Source of the DNA: an uncultured Thermoplasmata archaeon
GTDB taxonomy: Archaea; Thermoplasmatota; Thermoplasmata; Halarchaeoplasmatales; Halarchaeoplasmataceae
Direction: 5' to 3'
DNA length: 57,867 bases
Assembly: GCA_964394465.1 (NCBI GenBank)
Contig: CAYMXS010000004.1
Location: forward strand, 16,905-74,771
Part shown: piece after piece, positions 1-8,848 of the stretch
How positions within the stretch are numbered: position 1 is the first letter of the stretch
How the letters are laid out: each line of letters opens with the position of its first letter
Notes under the pieces: model-generated
What the model was told of the DNA's origin: nothing
The model's database searches: none
What the model saw: only the letters and a program-made list of their open reading frames with translations
Made by a program: the position numbers and the translations under genes

Positions 1-133
1 CTATACAAAGCTCGGAACCGCCGTTCTCTACTTTCAGTTCTCTGTCTTCCGGCCTCTCTAAATTCAGACCTGCCTCCTTCAACAGATCGTAACTTTTTTC
101 GAACAGCCGCCCCTTTGGAAGTACTACTTTCAT
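1..133 (-). CDS. hisG: ATP phosphoribosyltransferase, probably short form (partial, runs off window start)
   Basis: Manual translation of minus strand from ATG at 133: MKVVLPKGRLFEKSYDLLKEAGL..., containing the HisG N-terminal LPKGRL motif. ATGA overlap with the hisZ stop. Confidence 0.9.
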   Translation of the reverse strand, partial: MKVVLPKGRLFEKSYDLLKEAGLNLERPEDRELKVENGGSELCI

Positions 134-1026
134 CCTTTCACCTCTACAGATATACCGTTCTCGACCAGCTGTTTCGCCACCCTGTAAGATTCCTTCAGGT
201 CGCCTTCCACTTCACGACGGTCCTCTCCCTTTTCACCGTCAGTTCGTTGATAAAGCTCCAGCAACGGCTCCAGCTTGAAGGCGAAGCCTACCGCCTCCTT
301 CCCGTTCACCTCATAAGCGCCTCCAGCCCCTATCGGATAGCCGACTTTTGGGGAGTAAACCTCGAAGATTATGTCCTCGTAGTAGGAGAACGGCCGTATA
401 GTTCCCAGGTCTATGAATATCCTCTCATCGTTCAATATCTTTGAGAGTTCGTTCAGCCTCTCATGATCGCTCTCTTTGCCTCTGAAATTGAACAGCTCCC
501 ACAGCTCTTCCTTCTTCTCCTCCGGTATGGACATCTCCTCTATTGTGCCGAAGTTCCTCTTCTCTAGAGCTTCAAATATCTCTTCTTCGTATTCCGATAC
601 TTCTTCAACAGCTTTTTCCCATACCTTTAGATTTCCCACGTCAACATAGAAATCATCTATGCCCAGAGATTCGAGCGAACTGACGATCACGCTTAGAGCC
701 TCCACTTGCATCTTTCGATTATTTCCACCTATGTACTCGAAGCCGGCCTGCCACTCGCCCTCTAGACCGTCCAGTACCTCAGAAACGTAGTAAAGGCGAA
801 GGTCTTCCGGTTCCTTCAGGTTCTTCACTATCTGTGAAGTTATGTCGGGTTTAACAAGGTAAAACTCGTTATCCCTGGCCAGTTTCATCCCCTTTCTCAC
901 TTTCTTATCATAAGGCTCTATAGCGGGCAAAAAGACCTCGCTGTAGTTCCAACTGTTAAAGACCCTTCTCAGCTTTTTGGTGACTTCCGCCGTCCGTAGA
1001 GACTCTGATATGATGTCCTTTTTCAT
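130..1026 (-). CDS. hisZ: ATP phosphoribosyltransferase regulatory subunit (HisRS paralog)
   Basis: HisRS-like motifs (VKPDITSQI, QAGFEYIG, YYEDIIFEVY, GAGGAY, AVGFAF), no anticodon-binding domain, directly upstream of hisG. Confidence 0.9.
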   Translation of the reverse strand: MKKDIISESLRTAEVTKKLRRVFNSWNYSEVFLPAIEPYDKKVRKGMKLARDNEFYLVKPDITSQIVKNLKEPEDLRLYYVSEVLDGLEGEWQAGFEYIGGNNRKMQVEALSVIVSSLESLGIDDFYVDVGNLKVWEKAVEEVSEYEEEIFEALEKRNFGTIEEMSIPEEKKEELWELFNFRGKESDHERLNELSKILNDERIFIDLGTIRPFSYYEDIIFEVYSPKVGYPIGAGGAYEVNGKEAVGFAFKLEPLLELYQRTDGEKGEDRREVEGDLKESYRVAKQLVENGISVEVKG

Positions 1027-1109
1027 GTTAGACCCTCTTCTAGATGTATTTTGAACTGGTTCAGAAAAGTTGTAAGATTAGATGAGATAACACTACAGCT
1101 AGATAAAAA

Positions 1110-1247
1110 GTAGGATATGGAACAAATCAGAATCAAAAAAATCTGAGAATCTAGATTTTCGAGCAACTCAATGATGAACGTATTGCCCCTTCTCTCTGTC
1201 GCATGAAGGGGCGTGTACCATCTTTTCACGAGCTGCTAGTTCCATAT
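1110..1247 (-). promoter_or_regulatory. Putative attenuator-like structured leader of the his operon
   Basis: Stems 1205-1212/1185-1192 (8 bp perfect), 1229-1237/1162-1170 (9 bp with G-U) and 1239-1247/1115-1123 (9 bp perfect, covers the leader ATG). U7 tract at 1135-1141. Confidence 0.55.
1168..1245 (-). CDS. Putative his operon leader peptide, 25 aa: MELAAREKMVHAPSCDREKGQYVHH
   Basis: ATG at 1245 about 27 nt downstream of the TTATAAAT box. Ends CAT CAT TGA. Located between the promoter and hisZ. Too short for the ORF track. Confidence 0.6.
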   Translation of the reverse strand: MELAAREKMVHAPSCDREKGQYVHH

Positions 1248-1270
1248 AATCGAAGGTATATCTTGTAGGT

Positions 1271-1287
1271 AATTTATAAGGTTTTGG
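1271..1287 (-). promoter_or_regulatory. Archaeal BRE/TATA promoter for the his operon
   Basis: Minus strand CCAAAACC-TTATAAATT upstream of the leader ORF. Confidence 0.6.
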
Positions 1288-1370
1288 TTAGTGAGAAACC
1301 AGACCACTAAATGGATAAAGGGTAAATTTATTATAACACATAATCGACTTTTAGGGTGAGGGAAAATTAG

Positions 1371-4300
1371 ATGAGTCAAGACCCTCCTGAACCAGACGAA
1401 AACGCATCGCCTAACAGAAAATGCCCTAATTGTGGAAAAGAAACTTTAGTTATAGAGGATGATTTTTCTGCACACTGTGAATCTTGTTCTTATGAGGTGG
1501 AGGGCATAAATAGAAGTGGAGATGGAGAAGGGACACCTTCGGAGGATATCCCGCCGGAACCAAAACCACCTGAGGTTATGGGCCGAGCCGCCGAAGGAAA
1601 GGAGAAGGAATCGATTTCAAAGGACGATTTTATCGAAAATCTCAAGACAGTTAAAGGGGTAGGTCATAGCACTGCCGAAGATATCTATAACTCTGGATTT
1701 GAAAATTTTGATGATATCATAGATACAGAGATCGACGAACTGGAGGGTATAAGGAACGTAACAAGGGAAAAAGCCGAGCAGATTAAGGAACTCGCAGAAG
1801 ATAAGACTAAAACTGAAAAGGAAAAAAAAGAAGTTGAAAATGAAGAGGTCCCACCGCCCGCAGAGACATCAGGGCCTGAAACTCCGCCACCTCCGCCCGG
1901 TGAAGGGGTACCCCAGGATGGAGCGCAGCCAAAGGTGGTCAAGAAAAAACTCGCTGATGAAACACCACCCCCACCAGAAAGCGACAATGCAGGAAATGAA
2001 AATGAGGATGTGGTAGTGGAAGGTCCCATACCCAAGAAAAAAGTAAAGAAAAAAGAACAAAAACAGCCTCCCCCTCCGTCCGACTTCGATGTTGAACCTC
2101 CCGAATCAAAAGAGGAAGAGCCTGAAAGACAGCCGGGCCAACCCACAGAGGACGGGATACCATGGGAGACCACACCACCTCCGCCGGAAGAGATAGAAGA
2201 GGATAGCCCACAGGAGGCAGAGATGAAGAGCGAGTCGGGGCCGTCGGTGCCTCCCCCGCCGGAGAGCTTAGCTCCGGAAGAAAATATACAGGATATAGAG
2301 ACGCCTCCAAAACCCGAAGGGATCCCCGTTGAGGAGGAAGGGGAAGAAGAGAGCCCAGAAGAAAAGGAAAAGAGATTAGATGAGAAGGAAGAGAAACTCA
2401 AGGAATTCGAAGAGGAACTGGATAAATACCACGAGAAATTGGATGAGAAAACAGCAGACCTGAAAGAAGAGAAGAGGATGATAGATGATAAAGAAGGAGA
2501 CCTCAAGAAGTGGGAGGAGAGCATCCAAGAAGAGAAAGATGAGCTGGAAGATAAGAAAAGACCCTTGATGGAAAAAGAAGTAGAGCTGGAAGAATGGGAG
2601 ACCGAATTGGAGGAGAGAGAAGACGAAGTCGAGAAACATCTTAAGGAAGTCGAGGAAGAAAAACAGGATATCGAAGATAGAGAAAAAAGCCTCGACGTGA
2701 GAGCCGACGAACTCTCAGAGTGGGAGAATACCCTACAAGAGAAGGAAGAAAGACTCGATAACAGGAAAGAAGAGATAGAACACTGGGAGAACGGTCTGAA
2801 AGAGACAGAGAAGATGTTGGACGAGAGAGAGGACGAACTCCAGAATTGGGAGCAGGACATACAAGAAGAAGAGGATGAACTGGAGAAGAAGAAAAAGCCG
2901 CTTATGGAAAAGGAAGCAGAATTGGAGGAATGGGAGATAGAACTGGAGAAAAGAGAGAACGACGTCGAAAAGCAACTGAAAGGGGTCAAGGAAGAGGGAA
3001 AGAGACTCAGCGAAAAGGCCCAGGATCTCGACGAAAGAGAGATAAAGCTCGGGGAGCTAGAAGACGAACTCCAGGAGAAGGAAAAAGATATCGAGGAGAG
3101 AAGATCAGAACTTGAACAGTGGGAGAATGGACTTCAAGATACAGAGGAGATGCTGAGTGTAAAAGAAGATGAATTATCAGAGAAAGAGGAAACCCTGCAG
3201 GAAAAGGAATCCGTCCTGAATGAATGTGAGGGGGAACTCGACGAGAAAGCCGAGGAACTAGGCGACTGGGAAGCAGACCTACAGGAGAGAGAAGATAAGA
3301 TCGAAGAAAATCTAGAAAAGATCAAAGAAGAAAGAAAGGAGCTCAACGAGAAAGAGAAGGAGATCGAAAACAGAGAGGATGAGATCGAGGAGAACAGAGA
3401 GGAGATAAAGGCAGAAAGAGAAGAGATAGAAGAAAAGAGAAACAAACTTGAGGAAAGAGGGCAAGAGATAGAAGAGGAAGAGGAAAGACTCGATGAAAAG
3501 AGAGAAGAGTTACAGGAGAGAGAAGATAAAATAGAGGATAAAGAGAACACCCTGGAATACAGAGAAGAAGACCTACAGACGTGGGAAGACAATCTAAAAG
3601 AGAAAGAGAAAGAGGTCAACCAAAAACTGGATGAAGTGAAGGAAGAGAGAGAAGCTGTAGAAGAAGAGAAAGTCAAGATAGAAGAGAAGGAGACCGAGAT
3701 CGAGGAGAGAGAAGATAAAATAGAGGATATAAAGGTGAATCTGGAGAAGAAGAGAAAAGAACTTCAGGAAAGAGAGAATAAGATAGAAGAAGAAGAAGAA
3801 AGACTAGAGAAGAAGAAAGAGAGGTTCAAACAGAGGACTACCGAGCTGGACAACAGAGAGGAAAAATTGAACGAGAAAGCCAAAGAGATAGGGAAGCTGA
3901 GAGAGACACTGAAGGAGAAAAGAGACGAAGTCTCAGAAAGAGTAGAAAAATTGAAAAATCGAAACGAGGAGCTGAAAGAGAAACTAGAGGAAACAGAGGA
4001 GAAGAAGGAGAAATTCCAGGAGAAGAAAGAGGAGTTCGAAGAGAAGAACAAAGAACTGGTGGATTGGGAAGTAGAACTGGAAGATATGGAAGACTGGTTG
4101 GACAAGCGAGAGGGTGAACTAAGAGAGAAAAAAGATGCTCTGAACGAGAGAGAAAGTAAATTGGATGATAGAGAAGAGAAGATAGATAAGAAGGAAGAGG
4201 AGCTTGAAGATAAAGAAGAAGAGGTTTCTGAGAGACTCCAGAAACTCAGAGAGAGAAAGGACGAGATCGAGGAGAAGAAGGAAGAACTCAATGAGAGACT

Positions 4301-4526
4301 GGAAAAGGTCAAGGAGAGGAATAAATCTCTCAAGGAGAAGAAGAAGAAACTACAGGAAGCTAGAGAGAAAGTAGACAGAGAGAAGATAAAGGACCCCTTG
4401 AGGGTACAACGCCTCCTAGAGGACGGCTATTCAAAGGAAGAGATCTCTAACTTCACTGGCCTCTCCATTGACGAGGTCGAGGAATACGTCGACGTTATAG
4501 AAAAGTTCCACGCCAAGAAAGATTGA
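1371..4526 (+). CDS. Large acidic coiled-coil protein: N-terminal Zn ribbon, helix-hairpin-helix, Pro-rich linker, ~700-aa coiled coil, C-terminal HTH-like motif
   Basis: CPNC...CESC; VKGVGHSTAEDIYNSGF (HhH); repeated PPPP motifs; E/K heptads; LLEDGYSKEEISNFTGLSIDEVEEY; SD GGGTGAGG before the ATG. Confidence 0.85.
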   Translation: MSQDPPEPDENASPNRKCPNCGKETLVIEDDFSAHCESCSYEVEGINRSGDGEGTPSEDIPPEPKPPEVMGRAAEGKEKESISKDDFIENLKTVKGVGHSTAEDIYNSGFENFDDIIDTEIDELEGIRNVTREKAEQIKELAEDKTKTEKEKKEVENEEVPPPAETSGPETPPPPPGEGVPQDGAQPKVVKKKLADETPPPPESDNAGNENEDVVVEGPIPKKKVKKKEQKQPPPPSDFDVEPPESKEEEPERQPGQPTEDGIPWETTPPPPEEIEEDSPQEAEMKSESGPSVPPPPESLAPEENIQDIETPPKPEGIPVEEEGEEESPEEKEKRLDEKEEKLKEFEEELDKYHEKLDEKTADLKEEKRMIDDKEGDLKKWEESIQEEKDELEDKKRPLMEKEVELEEWETELEEREDEVEKHLKEVEEEKQDIEDREKSLDVRADELSEWENTLQEKEERLDNRKEEIEHWENGLKETEKMLDEREDELQNWEQDIQEEEDELEKKKKPLMEKEAELEEWEIELEKRENDVEKQLKGVKEEGKRLSEKAQDLDEREIKLGELEDELQEKEKDIEERRSELEQWENGLQDTEEMLSVKEDELSEKEETLQEKESVLNECEGELDEKAEELGDWEADLQEREDKIEENLEKIKEERKELNEKEKEIENREDEIEENREEIKAEREEIEEKRNKLEERGQEIEEEEERLDEKREELQEREDKIEDKENTLEYREEDLQTWEDNLKEKEKEVNQKLDEVKEEREAVEEEKVKIEEKETEIEEREDKIEDIKVNLEKKRKELQERENKIEEEEERLEKKKERFKQRTTELDNREEKLNEKAKEIGKLRETLKEKRDEVSERVEKLKNRNEELKEKLEETEEKKEKFQEKKEEFEEKNKELVDWEVELEDMEDWLDKREGELREKKDALNERESKLDDREEKIDKKEEELEDKEEEVSERLQKLRERKDEIEEKKEELNERLEKVKERNKSLKEKKKKLQEAREKVDREKIKDPLRVQRLLEDGYSKEEISNFTGLSIDEVEEYVDVIEKFHAKKD
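2500..3200 (+). repeat. Internal ~336-bp (112-aa) tandem duplication in the coiled coil
   Basis: PLMEKEVELEEWETELEERE at 2562 recurs as PLMEKEAELEEWEIELEKRE at 2898. WENGL also recurs at the same spacing. Confidence 0.8.
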
Positions 4527-4548
4527 CGTATAAAACCGGGCGGACACC

Positions 4549-4580
4549 CTTCTTTCTTTTTACTCTTTTTTACCACTTTT
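4549..4580 (+). terminator. Oligo-T terminator
   Basis: T-rich tracts immediately after the 4526 stop. Confidence 0.55.
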
Positions 4581-4611
4581 AACTACTACTGGATTCTTTA
4601 CAACTGGCCTC

Positions 4612-4962
4612 TCATGCCTTGTTCTGAAAACCCTTCGGGAAGAAAAGAGAGGCTATAAAGAGAGCCGCTATGCTCAGAGCAGAAACCCAAGTCAATAGGA
4701 CGTTCGCAGGTGGGATCGTGACCGTGGTCATAACGATATATATCAGATAGATTATCAACAGAACGCTGCCGATAGTCACTAGAACATACGCTGACTCCTT
4801 CGTTCCCATGCTCCAATCCTCTACCCCTTCGGGATATCTAAAGCCAAGATAGAGCATCACCGTGTAGACGAGGATAAATATAGCCCAGAGAGGGTTCATC
4901 CCAAGAGAGAGGAGGACGATGAATCCGATCACCGAGAGGAGCAGGAGAAAGGTGTCTTTCAT
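4612..4962 (-). CDS. Small integral membrane protein (~4 TM), last gene of the surface-protein/vWA/AAA operon
   Basis: Four hydrophobic segments. Starts 4 nt after the AAA gene stop. Confidence 0.75.
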   Translation of the reverse strand: MKDTFLLLLSVIGFIVLLSLGMNPLWAIFILVYTVMLYLGFRYPEGVEDWSMGTKESAYVLVTIGSVLLIIYLIYIVMTTVTIPPANVLLTWVSALSIAALFIASLFFPKGFQNKA

Positions 4963-4966
4963 CTAT

Positions 4967-7900
4967 CTAACCCCTCTCCTCCTCGAACTCCTCGGCGGAT
5001 TCGACCATCTCTTCCTTGAGAGAAGGTGTAGTCTCCATGATTACCTCCTCCAGGAGATCCTGTGTTATCCTCTTGGCCTTCCCTTCAGAACCCTCGCTAA
5101 TAGCCCGGATCTTGGCCTCCTCGACACAGCTCTTTATGTCGTCTGAAGTGAAGTCCTCCGTTAGGATTGCCAGATCGTGGTAATCTATGTCGGGATGTGT
5201 AGGTACGCCTTCGAGTCCTTTTCGCAGGAGAGCCTCTTTTCTTTCATCGTCTGGAGGCGGAACGCGGATGGTCTTCTCGAAACGGCCCCTCTCGAACAGT
5301 ATATCCTTTATCTTGTCTGGATAATGCGATGTCGCGACCAGAGCTACGTTGTCGACGCCGTTCACGTCCTCCATCAGGTTCAAAAGAGATGAGAATGCTT
5401 TAGGTCCGGCGATCCCAGATATATCCACACCGGCTATCTCCTCCAATTCCGTGACGGTTATCACTGCAGGAGCCATGTCCCTTACCTCCTTGAAGAGTTT
5501 CTTTACGACACCCCTACCCTCTTCATCGATGGCCTCCTTGAGTTCTCTAGCGGATAGGACTCTCATGGGTATGCCCACATCGTTGGCGGCCGCTTTTATG
5601 AGTGTCTCCTTATCGCAACCCTTGGGACCGTAGAAAAGGACGTTTTTAACACCAGATATGTTGAACTTCTCGACCATATCGGATTCTGTCAACGGATAAA
5701 GGACCTGATTCTTGAGCACGTTCTTCTGTTCCTGAAGGTCCGGCACATCGTCCAGTGTAGTACCTCGGTCCATCTCGGGTTTCTTGGCCTCGTGGACCTT
5801 TCTTTCATATTTCGACTTGACCCGCTCGTATTCCTCCTTCATGCTGGGCGTTATACTCGGACTCATCTGCTTCAAGACCTTGTTGAAGGTGCCCTTGTGT
5901 ATGGGCTTCATATCTCCCGTGTCTATGGCGCTCCTCATGGCCTGTGTGGCGGCTTCCTTTGCCAGGTTGGCCATGTCGGCACCGGAGAAACCCTCCGTCT
6001 TCCTGGCCAAGGCGTCCATGTCGACATCCGAGGAGAGGGGCTTTCCGCTAAGGTGTATGTCCAGTATCTCTTTTCTCGCTTCTTTCTCCGGAGGCGGTAC
6101 GTATATTATCTTATCGAATCTTCCCGGCCTCAAGAGGGCTGGATCCACCATATCCGGCTTGTTCGTAGAACCGACCATGATTATGCCCTCGGCTCTGTCC
6201 ATGCCGTCCAGTTCAGAGAGAAGGAGTGATAGTAATCTCGGTGTCACATCATCAGCCGAATACATATCCCTCTTCTTCGCTATCGCGTCTATCTCATCGA
6301 AGAAGATTATACACGGCTTTCTTTCACGGGCCGCCTTGAACAGTGTCATCATCTTGTCCTCGCTTTCACCATACCATCTCGACATGACGTCACCGCACTT
6401 CACGTTGATCATCTCTACATCTAGTTCGGTGGCTAATGCCTTCATCAGCATGGTCTTTCCACAGCCCGGAGGCCCGTAGAGAAGAACACCTTTAGATGTT
6501 TCAACGCCGAACTTGTCCGATATATCAGGTCGTAGAAGAGGAATGAGTATACTCTCTTTCACCTCTTCCTTCACGTCATCCAAACCGCCTATGTTTTCAA
6601 ATGTCGTTTCGCCAAGGTCGGCCATCTCGGCCACTCGTGTTCCGACATCAGTAATACCGAGCTTGCTCCTGTAGTATTCCTTGAACAGCCCTTTGGTCAT
6701 GGCACCTAGTCCCTGTGAAACGAAGGCTAAAATCACGGATCCCACGATCACGCCTACGGCGACGAGTAGACCGAGGGGCTCTAAGCCGTCGAGATAACCA
6801 AAGTAAACGAGGCCTGGAAGTGATGAAAGACCTAGGACCAATGACCCAGCCACAGAATACCACCAGTCCTTCTTCAACGGGTATTTCAACCAATCCATCA
6901 ACTTCTCCAACCTAGGTTGTCTAGCCTCGATTATCAATGAGACTAAATAAACGCCTACACACCACAACAGTATCTGGAAGAATGGTATGATCGACGCACC
7001 GAAGTTATCGGCTATAACGGTGGTTATGATATTACCTCTAGCAGATGATATGCTGGCCAGTGCTCCACCCAGAGCTCCAGGGGTGAAATCGCTTACGACA
7101 TTTTTGCTGAACAGCATGAATGAAGTGTCATGAGGAGCAGAAGTGACCAGACCGAGTACCTCTAGGTTGCTGGTCGAAGATGCCAGGACCAGGAAGAGTC
7201 CCGCCGCTGCCGTTGAGATCAGCGCGAGATAAGTCGAGAAGAGCACCACGGACATGACTGGGACGAAGAAAACCGCACCGAACCTCGCCAAAAATATGAT
7301 CGAAAAGACCAGATAGCCAAAACGCCAGTCGAAGAAAGAGGCCAATACGACTATCAATGAGAAAACCAGGAATACTAGACCGAATTCCGGGGTTTGATAC
7401 GCCGCGGCCCCGGTGACTAGCAGTGCCAGGATTATCAGCGCATTGTAGGGATACTTGTAAGCCACAGCACCCACGACTATCGACAGAGTGAGAACCATCC
7501 ACCAGGGATAGAACGGTATGAAGGCTAAACCGAATATAGAGAGCAGGAAGAAGCCTGCGGGGATTATATATTCCGGGTCCATGGTCTCATTTATGATGGC
7601 CTCCCATATCTTACCGGTCAAGGTCCCCTTGTTAAGATCCTCTATATTGGTATCCTCCTCCGTCAGGGCCATCCTTTTCTCATGTTTTTTCTTGTAAACC
7701 GACCATAGGCATACTAGAGGGACGAAAACAGCACCGAAAACTCCAGCTATCAGATAGTTCTGTGGAAAAGCTATATTGTCATGTTCAAGAGTGGATTTAG
7801 GACTTATATCGAACCTGAAGGTCGCCTCCTCACCCGACTCCATCCCGGTCAACTGTATCGACTTGCTCTTCTCTTCACCGGAGTAGATGGTGGTCAATGT

Positions 7901-8848
7901 ATACTCGCCGGGACTTAGAGGTGTGGACACCTGAACCTTTCCGTTATCAGTGGTACCTTCGAAGACAACGCCGCTGCTGTTCTCCACTCTCACAGTAGCT
8001 TTATCCACGTACTCGTTGTTGAGTTCATCGAAGACAACGATCAGTGGTTTGACGAACTGAGCACCTCTTCCCACGGTATATGAATAGTTCTGTGACTGAA
8101 TCCTCTCTCCGTAGGTGTCGAAGGCCGCTACATGAAACGAAACCGAGGTGTTCTCTGGATAGGCCGGTATTGTGGTGGTCCATTCCCCGTTATCCTTCTC
8201 GAAAGCACTGCCGCCCTCCTGGGGTGAACTATCCGGCTGTTGGATAGTAGCGATGAGATTCACGTTATTCACTACGATATCCTCGGATGTTTTGCTGACG
8301 GTGATCTCCACGGATTCGTTGGATTTAGGGCCCTTCGGCTCAAAATCCAATCCAAGGTTATCTGAGAACTCATCTGAGGTCCAACCTCCGGTCTTCTGGA
8401 CGGTATACGTGTACGCATCTGATCTATACCATTCGGTGCCATCTATAGTGGCGTTCACCCAGAATTTGATCGTCCAGCCACCCTGGTTCCACTGCTTGGG
8501 TATCCACCCTCTCATAACGGTTTTGTTCGAACCATAGGTGAACTGATAATCGGAATCCACTCCTCCAGAATCGCTGAAATCATCCATCTCTTCCGTCTTG
8601 TAACTGAATATCAGGTGGGCGTCCGATATATTTTCTGAAGTTGTGCTAGTCAGGGTTATCTCCACAGTTTCGTTATGCTCTGGATTCTCCGGCGAATAAG
8701 ACACGGAAAAGAGCCCATCGAAGGACTGTTGAGACAGCTGGGCCTTATCCTCGTTAAGTTGAGTTCCGTTTGTAAAAAGGCCTAGATTGGCAATCACTAA
8801 TATGCCTAATATAACAGCTATTATGATATAACTTATCTTTCGTTCCAT
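4967..8848 (-). CDS. Polytopic membrane protein with extracellular beta-rich domains fused to tandem CDC48-like AAA+ domains
   Basis: N-terminal signal/anchor; ~340 aa Ig-like region with NxS/T sequons; multi-TM block. D1 has GPPGCGKT, IIFFDEID, SRWYGESE and DPALLRPGRFD. D2 is degenerate (GPKGCDKET, VITVTELEE, ERGRFE). Confidence 0.9.
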   Translation of the reverse strand: MERKISYIIIAVILGILVIANLGLFTNGTQLNEDKAQLSQQSFDGLFSVSYSPENPEHNETVEITLTSTTSENISDAHLIFSYKTEEMDDFSDSGGVDSDYQFTYGSNKTVMRGWIPKQWNQGGWTIKFWVNATIDGTEWYRSDAYTYTVQKTGGWTSDEFSDNLGLDFEPKGPKSNESVEITVSKTSEDIVVNNVNLIATIQQPDSSPQEGGSAFEKDNGEWTTTIPAYPENTSVSFHVAAFDTYGERIQSQNYSYTVGRGAQFVKPLIVVFDELNNEYVDKATVRVENSSGVVFEGTTDNGKVQVSTPLSPGEYTLTTIYSGEEKSKSIQLTGMESGEEATFRFDISPKSTLEHDNIAFPQNYLIAGVFGAVFVPLVCLWSVYKKKHEKRMALTEEDTNIEDLNKGTLTGKIWEAIINETMDPEYIIPAGFFLLSIFGLAFIPFYPWWMVLTLSIVVGAVAYKYPYNALIILALLVTGAAAYQTPEFGLVFLVFSLIVVLASFFDWRFGYLVFSIIFLARFGAVFFVPVMSVVLFSTYLALISTAAAGLFLVLASSTSNLEVLGLVTSAPHDTSFMLFSKNVVSDFTPGALGGALASISSARGNIITTVIADNFGASIIPFFQILLWCVGVYLVSLIIEARQPRLEKLMDWLKYPLKKDWWYSVAGSLVLGLSSLPGLVYFGYLDGLEPLGLLVAVGVIVGSVILAFVSQGLGAMTKGLFKEYYRSKLGITDVGTRVAEMADLGETTFENIGGLDDVKEEVKESILIPLLRPDISDKFGVETSKGVLLYGPPGCGKTMLMKALATELDVEMINVKCGDVMSRWYGESEDKMMTLFKAARERKPCIIFFDEIDAIAKKRDMYSADDVTPRLLSLLLSELDGMDRAEGIIMVGSTNKPDMVDPALLRPGRFDKIIYVPPPEKEARKEILDIHLSGKPLSSDVDMDALARKTEGFSGADMANLAKEAATQAMRSAIDTGDMKPIHKGTFNKVLKQMSPSITPSMKEEYERVKSKYERKVHEAKKPEMDRGTTLDDVPDLQEQKNVLKNQVLYPLTESDMVEKFNISGVKNVLFYGPKGCDKETLIKAAANDVGIPMRVLSARELKEAIDEEGRGVVKKLFKEVRDMAPAVITVTELEEIAGVDISGIAGPKAFSSLLNLMEDVNGVDNVALVATSHYPDKIKDILFERGRFEKTIRVPPPDDERKEALLRKGLEGVPTHPDIDYHDLAILTEDFTSDDIKSCVEEAKIRAISEGSEGKAKRITQDLLEEVIMETTPSLKEEMVESAEEFEEERG

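Noticed and set aside
1023-1229. 68-aa minus-strand ORF upstream of hisZ in the ORF track
   Set aside because: GTG start without SD, non-acidic composition, and it runs through the U-rich leader. The 25-codon ATG ORF in another frame fits the promoter spacing better.
1685-4333. Long Ser/Phe-rich antisense ORFs (also at 10261-10749, 22416-23192, 49901-50659 and elsewhere)
   Set aside because: Shadow frames of GAA/GAG/AAG-rich coding strands with no independent motifs.
1371-4526. SMC/Rad50 call for the coiled-coil protein
   Set aside because: No Walker A/B, signature motif, hinge or central zinc hook.
4967-8848. Calling the membrane AAA protein FtsH or MoxR
   Set aside because: No HExxH protease domain, two AAA modules, and classical-clade SRH motifs rather than MoxR signatures.
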